Positions 1 through 11,040 are shown, numbered from the stretch's first letter. The stretch: DNA of 64,000 nt from Carcharhinus longimanus (GCA_030264375.1 JASCQW010000150.1:24370340-24434339); one strand, 5' to 3'. The notes: generated by a model not told the origin, from the letters alone. Program-made: numbers and translations.

Positions 1-312
1 TTGTGGGGGGCCGCGATCGGCCTGCGGGGGAGGGGGGCTGGAGGGGTAGCACTGCGGAGGTCCTGGGCTGGCCGGCGACTGAGCTGGCCGACAGTCAGGG
101 AGACGGACAGGTCAGAATCACTGCTCATGGATAACAGTTCCAGAACTGTCAGATCCGGCTCGAATAGGCCCCGGGTTTTTAATGAGATTCACGACCGGGA
201 TCTCTGCGTTGCACAGAGTGCGGAGATTCAGGTGAGAAGCTGCACTGAAAAAAGTAGTTGTGATCTCGAACAGCTTTCCCACCAATTCAGTGCTTTTGGA
301 AGAATCCCCCCC
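1..312. mobile_element. Right part of a GC-rich non-autonomous DNA transposon-like element
   Basis: GC/CpG-rich and non-coding; ends GGAAGAATCCCCCC, like GGAGAATCCCGCCC-type shark element termini. Confidence 0.45.
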
Positions 313-1478
313 CCCCCCCCACCGTGACGAGCCTCTGTCCATTTGCAGTTGCGTCTTTGCTCGTTCTCCTGACTTGCTGCTGATCCCTTCCCAGGTTTGG
401 TAATCGTTGCCTAGAGGGAGGTTCATCCTTTGCTTGGATTCTGGTTCATGAGCAGAAGTTTGCGGATCCCTCCCCCCCGTATTACCATAAATCTGACCCT
501 CCCTTACCCAATTCCAATCTCAAGCCGCTATGTAAACTCTCAATTTCAAAGCTCAAGCACTCACTGTTCGGTTCTGCTGTGTGGACAGAATCATAGTCTG
601 CTGATCAAAAATGTCCTTGTGAAAATGCAAGAAAGAAGCTAGCAAATGGTTATATAATTTTTTTCACCATGGTGGAAGTGATATTCCACGGGGCCCTGGG
701 TGTCTTGTGGATCCAACAAAGCGTTGACTCATCTCTTGTTTCGTTACATCTTCTTACTCAATAAATTTGCCAGAGTGGCACCTCGGGAACATGTTCTAGT
801 TTCCTTTATCCTTGTGTTTACTTTTAATAATCTTCCAAAGGAGCACCACCGGAACAGATCATTTAAATAATTAATCCAGTACAATCTTATATATGTTAAG
901 ATCAAAGATGCAGAGCTGCACATGAAAGTGCTTCTGCTGCTTGTGTGAAACCCAGAGAGGCCAATTCATTTATTACCAAACTCCACATCCAGAACTCATG
1001 CAGGAGAAACAATCCTTTTGGGCTCCCTGTGTATTATCTTTTTACACAACCCAGATCGTTATAACAGCAGAATCCAGCTATTAAGTATCTTGTCGGGTGT
1101 TTTACTCCAGTACACAATACTTAACTGTTAGGTTTCGAAAAGTCTTGTCACACACTGCTGGGTATTTCATACTTGCTGTGTAACTATTGCAGCAGTCTTC
1201 TTGAATTTATTGGAAAGGGGAAAAAAACAGCACGCTTAAAAGTTTTATATTTAAGAAAGAGGTATTGCTTGAGTGGCAAATGCCCAAAATATTATTTCTT
1301 CAGAAGGGGTAAGGGGGAGTGGCATGAGGGCACGGAGGTTTGCACTGCTGCCTCACAGCGCCAGGGACCCGGTCTCGATTCCCGGCTTGGGTCACTTTCT
1401 GTGCGGAGTCTGCGCATCCTCCTTGTGTCTGCGTGGGTTTCCTCTAGGTGCTCCGGTTTCCTCCCACATGCCAAAGAT

Positions 1479-1687
1479 AATGTGGAGTTGCTGGCGTTGG
1501 ACTGGGGTAGGCACAACAAGTAGTCTCAAAACACCAGGTTATAAAGTCCAACACGTTTATTTGGTAGCACGAGCTTTCGGAGCACTGCTCCTTCATCAGG
1601 TGGGTCATCTGATGAAGGACTGGTGCTCTGAAAACTTGTATCGCCAAATAAATCTGTTGGACTTTAACCTGCTGTTGTGAGACTATT
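1479..1687. mobile_element. Palindromic Penelope-derived non-autonomous insertion (inverted pseudo-LTR pair)
   Basis: About 80-bp inverted arms at 1522-1602 and 1606-1684; flanked by duplicated CCAAAGAT (1471-1478, 1688-1695). Confidence 0.75.
1568..1602 (-). ncRNA. Minimal type I hammerhead ribozyme motif (Penelope type)
   Basis: CAC-CUGAUGA-A-GGAGC(AGU)GCUCC-GAA-AGCU-C-GUG: both core boxes, 5-bp stem II, palindromic stem III, 3-bp stem I. Confidence 0.55.
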
Positions 1688-2164
1688 CCAAAGATGTGCG
1701 GGTTAGGTGGGTTGGCCATGCTAACTTGCCCCTTAGTGTCAGGAGGACTGGCTGAGGTAAATGCATGGGGTTGTGGGGATAGGGCCTGGGTGGGATTGTG
1801 GTCGGTGCAGACTCAATGGGCCAAATGGCCTCCTTCTGCACTGTAGGGATTCTATGAGTAGATCCTGGATTTAATCCATCTTCCATGTTGAGGTAGCTGA
1901 TCTCGGCAGGGACATGGTGATAGTGGGGTGAATAGGAGAGGCATTACAGTCCATTTAGCTCAACGTCCTATCAAGCAGGATTGGGGGAACTGTGGCTGAA
2001 TTTGATCCCTTGTCAACATGCGTTGTGCTCAGTTGTGTTACCTCAACTGCTGCCCTGCCTCGAGTGTCTTTCCTGTAGCCTAGAGGCATAGGTCACTGAA
2101 CTGGTAAACCTAGAGCAATGCTCTGGGGTGCCAGGTTCAAACTTCACCAGAGCAGGTATTTGAA

Positions 2165-2335
2165 TTTTGAAATAATAGCAAAATATTGCTGATTCTGGAA
2201 AAACTGAAATAAGAACAGAAAATGCTGGATAAATTCAGGTCAACAGGACTATCTTGCAGAAGGATCATTTCAATTTGAAACATTAACTCTGTTTCTCTCC
2301 CCAAAGATGCTGCATCATTTTCTGTTTTGATTGTG
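2165..2335. repeat. Degenerate inverted Penelope terminal-repeat pair (similar pieces at ~15540-15720, 16715-16820, 36430-36510, 40105-40280)
   Basis: CTGAAATAAGAACAGAAAATGCTGG on one arm and CATTTTCTGTTTTGATT on the other. Confidence 0.55.
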
Positions 2336-2710
2336 GGGAGCATCCAAGTGAGCACAGGTTGACCAATTCAGATAGCACAGCACTGTGACTCAGCACAGCA
2401 GTCCGATTACTAAGCCAATTATGCCCACTAACTCACTACTGATGTGAGTGCGATTGATTGCCACTCAGCCCTATAGGATTCTAAACACATTTGGTCCTGT
2501 ATTGGGCTCTGGGTTCAACTGCAGTACAGACAAGATTGATTAGTGCCTGTTCTCTCACTACTGGGAGGAGGCTATATGGTACGTGGCTATGGACATGAGG
2601 ATAATACAGACATTTGTCACAATTCAAATCTAACTGAACTCTGCACACTATGTTGGATGTGTAGGAAGCAGAAATGTAACAGCAGACCAGTGGCATGAGT
2701 GCAGTCTCAG

Positions 2711-2733
2711 TGTATGTGTGTGTGTGTGTGTGT
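2711..2733. repeat. (TG)n microsatellite
   Basis: Direct reading. Confidence 0.85.
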
Positions 2734-2859
2734 GAGGGGGGAGTCATTTGCTGCATTCATTCATCCTTCAAATAAGCCAGTTTTATTGATGTCCTTAATG
2801 GTTCTTGTTTTCATATCTGCACTCACTTCCCTTGGAGAACAATACAAAGTGAAAGGAAT

Positions 2860-3960
2860 CATAAGCTGATGCATGGACTGACAGACCACTGCACTGGCAC
2901 ACCTGCCATTCAGCCCCTTGAGCCTGTGTTCTGCAATTCAATTAGACTTTGTTGGTCTGTGTCATAGTATCTGTCCGCTGTCCATCAATCTCGGTTTTAA
3001 CGTGGAGCTTCAACAGCTTTGTGTTTGGGGGCGGGGGGGGGAAGAGTTTCAGATCACCACATTACCCTCTGCGTGAAGAAATGCTTCTAACCATCAGTCC
3101 TGAATGACCTGGTTCTAATTTTATGATTCTTGATTTTCTGCACCAAACAAAACAGTTTATTCCTATTTATGCCACCCCACCTTTAATCAGCCTAAACACC
3201 TCAATCAGATCACCCTTTGATCTTCTATATAGAAAGGAATACTAGCCTGGTCCATATAACATACATTCATACCTGAATCAGTGGTGCACACTTTTGAGGC
3301 TAATACCTATTTTTTCCTGAAGTGCGATACCCAGATTGAACCCAACATTCTAAGTGGGGTCTTACCGGAGCTGTATATAATATTAACACATTTCCCCCCA
3401 CTTTGTATTCAAGCCCCTTTGAAATAAAGACCAGCATTTGACCAGACATTCCAAGTGTTTTTTAATCTGTCCACCACCTTTTAGTGACTTCTGCACTTGG
3501 GCTCTTAAATCTCTCTGCTTGTCCCTATTTCCAGGCCTGTCACCATTTAGATCGATCTTTCTCAGCTCCACATAGATGGCGCCACATTGAGTTTTCTTTG
3601 ACTGCCAGTTTTAGCCATTGACTTAAACTATTGATGCCCATTTGCAACTCTTTTGCTCCGAGCTATGTATCATCTACTTGCTGTAGTCAGTAATCTTGGA
3701 TACAAGACTCTCTCTTCCTTCACCCAAGTCATTAAGATGTAAAGCTGAGGGAAACATCACTTGTCATACATCCCCAAATTGATTACATTACAATTACTTT
3801 TTGTCTCCTACCTCCAGTTCCTTACCCACATCAGTATGTGCCTCCAGTCCCATGCACTCTTATTTGGTGCAGTGCCAAATACAGAACTTTGTCCTGGACG
3901 TCCATATAAATCTGTCATCTTGGATACCTTCTCAAAATCCAACCAAGATCACTAGCTTTC
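2860..3960 (-). mobile_element. CR1-class LINE 3' remnant (degenerate RT C-terminus)
   Basis: RDLRAQVQKSLK...Q (CR1 RDLGV.V...LK motif) in ORF 3383-3571; CR1-like tail. Confidence 0.7.
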
Positions 3961-4187
3961 ACAACTCCGTGTTGGTTCTAATCAGTTGTTAATTGCCCCA
4001 ATGTTCAATCGTTCTGACTAGTAACTTCCCCAGAATAAGTGTGAAACTATGTGGCCTATAATTTCATAGTTGTTTGTTTCCCCAAATTTTCTTAATACAA
4101 AGATATGAGCAATCTCTCAAAGGGACCATTCATTCTGTAGCCAATAATGTCTTTATTAACAGTTGCAGAACCCACAACACAGCAACG

Positions 4188-4310
4188 CTCAGGGTCTGTT
4201 GAGCCCCGACCCCTCTGAGTCAGGGCCTACAGAATCTGTAACCAGCTGAGGGACAGGGTCACAGAGTCTGTACCTCTCCGAGGGTCAGAGCCAACAGAAG
4301 GTCAGAGCCT
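4188..4310 (+). repeat. Degenerate ~30-bp tandem repeat 3' of MRPL54
   Basis: Repeated GAGGGTCAGGG...ACAGAGTCTGTA. Confidence 0.55.
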
Positions 4311-4352
4311 GATGGCTGTGGAGAGAAAATAACATTTTAGAAAATTGCTAAT

Positions 4353-4358
4353 TTTATT
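4353..4358 (-). promoter_or_regulatory. Candidate MRPL54 polyadenylation signal (AATAAA); a second candidate lies at 4152-4157
   Basis: AATAAA on the minus strand about 250 nt after the stop codon, followed by T-rich sequence. Confidence 0.45.
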
Positions 4359-4608
4359 TTTCATCATTCACCAGTAATTCAAAATGTTCAATGCACTTTC
4401 ACTTTCCCTAAGTAGCACTGTCTGAGTCAGGTCACATGCAACTGAGGAAACCAGGCTCAATGCCTTCACAGCACTGCCCTGTGTACTGTCTGTTGGTTTG
4501 AAGTGTAAGTAGTAGCACTGTGTGGCTGCAACTCAGATTCTCTCCTCCGGCTGCTGTCCTTGTTTTAGTGAAACGCATCTTTGGGCCACATTGTCCAGGT
4601 GTTTTTCC

Positions 4609-4741
4609 CTAGAATTTTTTTCCTTTGTGAACTTTGTTGTGTTGCCACATGTGATGCTTCCTTATCCTTTTCCAGTATTCCCAAGATTCCGGGTCCAGTT
4701 CATCTAGACTCTTCGGGGGTCCTAGGTTCAGCGTAAACAAC
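4609..4741 (-). CDS. MRPL54: MRPL54 coding exon 3 with stop
   Basis: ttgcAG acceptor; (W)[43 protein letters not shown] then TAG at 4611-4609; phases fit exons 1-2; total 132 aa. Confidence 0.95.
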
Positions 4742-5629
4742 CTGCAAGATATTCATCTATTAAAAGCAAACCAATTTATGGTGTGCAAGGCAGCCACTTA
4801 GTTATACAATAAACAAGCCCCAGCTCTGGGTTTCCCCCTGGTGGGACAAAAGGTACATGGCATGTGTTAATATCAAGTATGTCCTAACTTATCTGGTCTC
4901 AGCACAAAGACTTAGCTCACTGGGAGAAAGTTTTTCAAAAATCCAGCTCGGGAATCCATTCCTGATCAAAGTCATAGTGCTTATATCAGTTTTTTTTTAA
5001 ATGTCCTTCAGGTGTTGACAGTGCTGTTGTCCAGCCCAAGATAGTGGTGCAAGTCAAGCTCTGCAGTGAACTGAGTGACATGGTGAATCACTTCATAAGG
5101 ATCAAGAGTCAATCATAGAGCATGGGGGTGTATCAGGGCCACATTTCTTCGAGTGAACGATATTAAATCAACCAGTTGGGTTTTTACAACGATCGGCTGC
5201 TTTCAAGGTTAAATCTGATTTATTGAATTCAATATCACACTCCCCAGGTGGAATCTAAACTCACAGAAGCCAAGTCAAAGTCTAATACCACTAGGTTACC
5301 ACATCTGTTGAAACTTCTTCACATCAATAGTGGGGGAGGGGGTGTGTGTGTCAGTGTGAGAGAGAGAGAAAATTCTCTACCTCAATGTTCTGATAGACTT
5401 ATCCACACACTCATTACTTGGGTATAGTATGGGATACTTAATATGAGGCAAAACAAAGTAATCAGGGACAACTCTCCATTCTTACATGAGTAACCACAAC
5501 AAGGGGACAGAATTCAAATTAAGCTGGTTAAAAAACAAATCAGGAAAAGTTTGCAAAGGTTGCAAGGGTCTGGAAATGACTGCATTCGATGGGCCAAACA
5601 ACTGAAGTTCTAGGGAGAGATACGCAAAT

Positions 5630-6660
5630 GAACATATGGACAAGAGGAGGCCATTTGGCCATTGGAGCCTGCTTTGCAATTCAACAAGACCATGGGTGAT
5701 CTTCTAGCTCCACTTTGCCGCACTATCCAAAAACTATCAACCTGTCTCAAATATACTCACCAATGGAGCACTCACAGCTCTGTGGGGCACAGAATTCCAA
5801 AGGTTAACAGGCCTTTTATCAAAGCAGTGTCTCATCTCAGTCCAAAATGGCCAATCCTTTATTCTGAGACTGTTCTAGATTTCTGAGCCAGGGGAAACAT
5901 TTCCTCAACAATCACCCTGTCAAGCTCCTTAAGAATTGTGTATGTCAATTAGGTCACTTCTCATTCCTCTATATACGGAGAATATAGATCTGGTTTACTC
6001 AACCTCCCTTCATAAGACAATTGTCCAGTAAACCTTTGTTGCAGTTTTTCTGGGGCAAATATTTTCTTCTTTAGGTAAAGAGACCAAAGTTTGGCCTCAC
6101 CAATGCCTTGCACAATTAGAGTCTTGGGGATATCCAAGTTAGGTTGATTGGCTATGTTAAGTTGTTCCTTAGTGTCAGGAGGATTAGCAGGGTAAATACA
6201 TTGGTTACAGGGATAGGGTCTGGGTGGGATTGTTGTCAGTGCAGGCTCAATGGGCCAAATGGCCTCCTTCTCTACTGCAGGGATTCTACGAGATATGCAG
6301 CACAGAAACAGGCCCTTCGGCCAAACTCATCCATGCTAACCAGATTTCCTAAACTGAACTAGTCCCATTAAAGTGTGATTTCTTTACTGCTACACTCCAA
6401 TCTATTTGTAACAAACGTTAATATGCCATTTGCCTTCCTAATTGCTTGCTTTACACGCATGTTAATTTTCTCCACACCATACACAAGGACACCCTGGACT
6501 CTCTGAATGCAAACACTTCCCAGTCTCTCAGTACTCGAGAATTTTTTTCCCCCCTATCGAACTGGATAACTTTATACTTGACAATATTGTGATCCATCTG
6601 CCTTGTTCTTGCTATCCATATTACTTTGTAGTCTCTTTACACCCTCATTGCTAACATCCC
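5630..6660 (-). mobile_element. CR1-class LINE 3' remnant interrupted by SINE and LINE-tail pieces
   Basis: GGAGGCCATTTGGCCATTGGAGCCTGCT terminus on the plus strand; degenerate RT C-terminus. Confidence 0.7.
6135..6290 (+). mobile_element. HE1 SINE 3' fragment
   Basis: GTTAGGTTGATTGGCTATG...GGCCTCCTTCTCTACTGCAGGGATTCT. Confidence 0.8.
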
Positions 6661-6731
6661 CAAATTCTTTTAGTCTTAAAATTTTATATTCAAGGGGAGC
6701 TATGTAGTGCTGGAAAGACCAACATTCCAGA

Positions 6732-7000
6732 CTGCACAGTGGCTAGCACTGCTGTCTCACAGTGCCAGGGACCTAGGTTCAATTCTCAGCTTGGATCACA
6801 GTCTGTGCAGAGTCTGCATGTTCTCCCTGTGTCTGTGTGGGTTTCCTCCAGGTGCTCCAGTTTTCTCCTACAGTCCAAAAGACATGCTGGTTAGGTGCAT
6901 TGGCCATGCTAAATTCCCCCTCAGTGTACCTGAAAAGTGCTAAAGTGTGGCAACTAGGGGATTTTCACAGTAACTTAATTTGCAGTAAGGCCACTTGTAA
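6732..7000 (+). mobile_element. HE1-related SINE with alternative tail (type B)
   Basis: Same head and core as HE1; tail CCCTCAGTGTACCTGAA...GGGATTTTCACAGTAAC. Confidence 0.85.
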
Positions 7001-7384
7001 CATTTATTGTCCATCTATACTAGTCCCATAAAAGGAGACATTGAGCCTCCTTCTTGCATGCACTGAGTGGTTTACCAGGCCATTCCAGAGAGCAGTTCAG
7101 ATCTGGAGTCACATACAGACCAGACCAGGTGAGGATGGCAAATTTCATTCCCTGAAAGACATTCATGAACCAGATGGGTTTTCATGACAATCAGTAGTTT
7201 TATGGTCACAATTACCAATTTTAGCATTTTAATTGTAGATGTTTTTAACCAACTGAATTTAAATTCACCTCCCTCCATATAACATTTACCATAGCCACAG
7301 GTCAACATCCATACCCAATCATGTATGCCTAAAGGAAGGAAATAGGCAACAAAAAAAAAAACAGGTAAGGGGGTACACACTCAC

Positions 7385-7541
7385 CACTCAGGGTATTCGC
7401 TGTCTGGCTGCAGTTCTGGATCTTTGCCTTGCTTGTAGATATTGACTCCCACAGCATGAGTGGTCAAAACGACAGGGTCCTTGCAAACCTCTGGTCCTTG
7501 CGGAGCATCTTTAGCTCCCATCTTACCTTTCCCTTTAACAG
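7385..7541 (-). CDS. MRPL54: MRPL54 coding exon 2
   Basis: ttcAG acceptor and GTGAG donor; (A)VKGKGKMGAKDAPQGPEVCKDPVVLTTHAVGVNIYKQGKDPELQPDSEYPE(W) matches the MRPL54 motif DPV.LTT.A.GVNIYK.G.D..L.PD.EYPEW. Confidence 0.95.
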
Positions 7542-7689
7542 CTGAAATTATGCAGAGAAGTAATCAGGAATGAAGAAAATATATCAGTATCCTGAGGACC
7601 TCCTGAAGAGCTTCGCGGGCAACACCTCCCTACAGTCACCATTGTAAAGAAACTGGCTATGGATTTAAACCCTAGAAAATATCCTAATA

Positions 7690-7960
7690 GGCAGCCCCCT
7701 CCCCCAGTCCGCCCAGTCTGGGGGGAGAAGCAGTCATTGCCCAGTCAGGGGGAGNNNNNNNNNNNNNNNNNNNNNNNNNNNNNNNNNNNNNNNNNNNNNN
7801 NNNNNNNNNNNNNNNNNNNNNNNNNNNNNNNNNNNNNNNNNNNNNNNNNNNNNNACTGTCACTGCCCAGTCTGGGGCGGGGGGAGGGGGGGGAACTTTCA
7901 CTGCCCAGTCTTGGGGGGGGGGGGGGGAGAGGGGGAACTATCACTGCCCAGTCTGGGGGA
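7690..7960 (+). repeat. G-rich minisatellite in MRPL54 intron 1 (contains an N gap)
   Basis: At least 5 copies of (CACT)GCCCAGTC(T)GGGG followed by G runs. Confidence 0.85.
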
Positions 7961-7989
7961 TGAAGAGGGATTGCTCACCCCAGTTGACA

Positions 7990-8300
7990 CTCCGCGGCCT
8001 GGGGCGGTACACACCCTCCCCGGAAACCCGGTCCCCGCGGCCTGTCCGCATTCAGCTCACCTGCTTTCTTGGCGTAGCCGCTGACGGTGTCGATGCGGAG
8101 CCGGCCACGCTGCAGCAAAGCACCCCTGAGCCAGCCCCAGGTCCGCCAGCAGCTGCCCGCAGCCGCCATGACAGCTCCCGTCAACCCCAGCGCCGCCTCA
8201 AACCACGCCCCTTTCGCTTACGTGATTCAATTGACAGCAAGGCTGCGTCGCCCCCGTGAGGTCCCCCTGCCGCACTGCAGCAAGTTCAGCCTGACTACAG
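7990..8300 (-). promoter_or_regulatory. CpG island / promoter of MRPL54
   Basis: Dense CpG and high GC around exon 1; CCACGCCC (Sp/KLF-like) near 8203 and TTACGTGA (CRE/ATF-like) near 8218; no TATA box seen. Confidence 0.7.
8061..8169 (-). CDS. MRPL54: MRPL54 coding exon 1 (mitochondrial ribosomal protein mL54; Arg-rich presequence-like N-terminus)
   Basis: ATG at 8169-8167 in GTC-ATG-G context inside a CpG-rich region; encodes MAAAGSCWRTWGWLRGALLQRGRLRIDTVSGYAKKA; GTGAG donor at 8060; YAKK matches human MRPL54 (DYAKK). Confidence 0.9.
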
Positions 8301-8309
8301 AGAGGTGGC

Positions 8310-8581
8310 TTTATTAGTGTGACAAGTAGGCTTACATTAACACTGCAATGAAGCTACTCTGAAAATCCCCTCCGCCGCCTGTTCGGGTACACTGAGGGAG
8401 AATTTAGTAAGACCAATCTACCCAACCCGCACATCTTTCAGACTGTGGAAGGAAACTGGAGCACCCGCAGGAAACCCAGGCAGACACGGGGAAAATGTGT
8501 AAACTCTGCCCAGTGACCAAGCAGGGAATCAAACTCAGGTCCCTGACCGTAAGGGGCTGTAATGCTAAGCATTGTGCCTCC
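8310..8581 (-). mobile_element. HE1-related SINE, type B tail, abutting the MRPL54 promoter
   Basis: Reverse complement of head/core plus tail GCAGTGTTAATGTAAGCCTACTTGTCACACTAATAAA. Confidence 0.85.
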
Positions 8582-9619
8582 AAGCTGAGATCAGAGAATT
8601 GGAAGGGAATGTAAAGCACACTTTAGAATTCAGTGAATTCTAATGTGTTGCACTAGCAGATGGTGTCCCATGCAAGCAAATAGCTGTTGCCTATTCACCT
8701 TCAAGTTCCTTATAGTCCCTGCCTCTGGCGGAAGCTCCAGGTTTGAGTCCCACCACAGTACTTGATGACCGAGGAAGGTTCATTCATAACATGGTCAAAA
8801 ATATTCATATTGCAACTCAGCCTCAGAGTGAACCACCTCATCACCACTACAGTGAATTTTTTTTAAAAGAATGCAGTAGATTGCTGTAAATGCAATTGAT
8901 TAGGCATCTGCTTTAGTGAAATTTGTCTCAGCTGGCGAATGTGAGCAGAGTTTTCAAAGCACATTATTGACACGGATTGGCCTGAAGTTTCCTCAGTGGG
9001 CACAGCTTTGTACTTACAGAGCATCATGGTAAGGCTCAAGGAAGAACTGCAAAATTATAAAAACACAGCATGGTGGAGGGATACACTTCACTGAGCACCA
9101 TTTTCAACTTCTGAAATGTAGTTGCTGCATAGAGAAGAGCAACAACGAATTTGCGCACAAGAATGAGATGACAAGTGTGTTTATTTCAGTGTTAGTTGTA
9201 GGAGAATTAAGGGAAAATGGAGATTAGCATTGCTATGCTAATACAATGCAATTGATTTTATATATTGGCATACTGGGTCAGAAGTGGCATAATCAAGATT
9301 AAATATCAGGTACGTTCCATGTTCACACAGAATGTGGCAAACTATGGGCAATCCACGTTTGTGACATAGATGTACCCAGAATCAATCCACCCCTTACAAG
9401 ACCAGTCTTTACCTTTGTGAGAGAGGGTGCTTTCACATAACTATTGTCTTTTTAAGTTGATATTTTTGAACTTGGCCTTGTCTTGCAACAACCAAAATGG
9501 ACCATCAGTTCCAAGTTATCTAAAGAACAATCTTAGAAATAATGCACAAGAGCAACAGTCTACAACAGAAATCCAGGCCATGAAGAAAGGTAAACTGGAT
9601 GAGAATCTTCAGTAGTGAG

Positions 9620-9960
9620 GACAGTATAGATAAACTTGAGTTTGTTTCACTAGATCAAATAGGTTAAAAGGGAGATCCAACAGAGGCACTTAAAATTAGA
9701 AGAACTCCAATGGTCAGTACCTAAAAGGCATACTTTTAGTTCCATAATGAAGTTAGTTTAAGGGTTTTCTTTTCTTAAGAATGATTAGAGCTATGTAATT
9801 CCTTACCAGATAGGGATGGAAGTAAAATACAACATTGCTTTTAAAGGGATTCAAGTTGATAAATTTTTAAAAAGTGTATTTAATTAAGACATGGCAATAT
9901 AGTTAAGTGAATAGTCCTTTCAGAAGCTGTGCATTTGTAGTTTGCCAAAGTGGCTTGCTA
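9620..9960 (+). mobile_element. Old CR1 3' fragment
   Basis: AAACTTGAGTTTGTTTCACTAGATCAAATAGGTTAAAAGGGAGAT (LGLFSLE.RRLRGD-like). Confidence 0.5.
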
Positions 9961-10723
9961 TTCTGTAAAAGTGATTTTTTAATTATTTGAATACTAAGAG
10001 TCGAGTTTTCCTCCTAGCTCACCATTGTATGTTTTTTGTTCAGGATCATCTTGCCAAATGCATGAATCTGGGAAATGTGAAATTAGCTTAAATCAGGATA
10101 CAATTGTTAACCACTTGACAAAGACATATCTGATCATTGTGCAATCTATTTCTGGTTGAGGGCTTCTATACAATACAAATTACTACATTTACTATGTACC
10201 ATTTTTGTTTAATCAGGAAGCTTGGAAAGGCTCACAATGCAAAATGCACATCAAAGTTTACAGAAATGGTGATGAAATGAAAGGATATACAATACCGGAG
10301 ACCATTTGCTACACCATCTCTTCTACTCTAATCTACTCCCATTCACTGGCCTTTTCCAAATATGCTTTTTTGTTTCGAAATCGTATCCTTGTGGAATATT
10401 TTATACATTTCTGTGCTTACCAGTCACATTAGACTAAGGTCTTTTCCAGTGGGACACACTGAAATGTTAAATAATGAAGTTGCATTAGGTGTGGAACTTG
10501 ACACGCAGCATCACTAAAAAGCCTATCACAAACTACATTTTGTGAAATAAATTCAATGCTGGAGATAATGGGGACCTTGAATCCTAACATGTTCGACAGT
10601 CGTATCTCTGCAATGCTGCACAGACTCAACCTAAATAAACTGATGCTTTTATAAAGCTTCACTGCTTTTGATTCCTGACATGCAGGTCTCACGACAACAC
10701 CAAAGTAAGTTTGCCAGATTAGA

Positions 10724-11040
10724 TGGGCGGCAGGGTTGCACAGTGGTTAGCACTGCTGCCTCCCAGCACCAAGGACCTGGATTTGATTCCCGACTTAGGT
10801 CAGTGTGTGGGGTTTTCACATTCCCTCTCCATGTCTGCGTGGGTTTCCTCCGGGTACTCTGGTTTCCTCTCATAGTCCAAAGATGTGCGGGTTAAGTGGA
10901 TTGGCCATGCTAAATTGCCACTTAGTATCAGGGGACCAGCTAGGGTAAATGCATGGGGTTATGTGGATAGGGCCTGAGTGGCATTGTGATCGGTGCAGAT
11001 TTGAGAGGCTGAATAGCCTCCTTCTGCCCTGCAGAATTCA
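10724..11040 (+). mobile_element. HE1 SINE, full length
   Basis: CACAGTGGTTAGCACTGCTGCCTC head through the GCCTCCTTCTGC tail. Confidence 0.9.

Larger units (their letters stand above)
1321..1857 (+). mobile_element. HE1-type tRNA-derived shark SINE, interrupted by an insertion at 1479-1687
   Basis: Head GCACTGCTGCCTCACAGCGCCAGGGACCCGG, core GGTTTCCTC...GGTGCTCCGGTTTCCTCCCAC, tail GGCCTCCTTCTGCACTGTAGGGATTCTATG. Confidence 0.9.

Noticed and set aside
1-426. GC-rich ORFs at 1-327 and 118-426 as a gene start or CpG promoter
   Set aside because: No recognisable protein or splice structure; ends in a transposon-like terminus
1522-1684. Long hairpin as a pre-miRNA
   Set aside because: Better explained as inverted terminal repeats of a mobile insertion with a target-site duplication; no recognisable mature miRNA
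1173-1886. Overlapping 60-135 aa ORFs (also near 6707, 10649, 21617, 29042, 47959, 57185, 60607)
   Set aside because: Translations of HE1 SINE sequence; the same pseudo-peptides recur at each SINE copy
7690-7960. Repeat-spacer pattern as a CRISPR-like array
   Set aside because: Eukaryotic intron; the spacers are simple G runs and there are no cas genes
10724-10800. tRNA-like A/B box sequence
   Set aside because: It is the tRNA-derived SINE head and continues directly into the SINE core; no full cloverleaf
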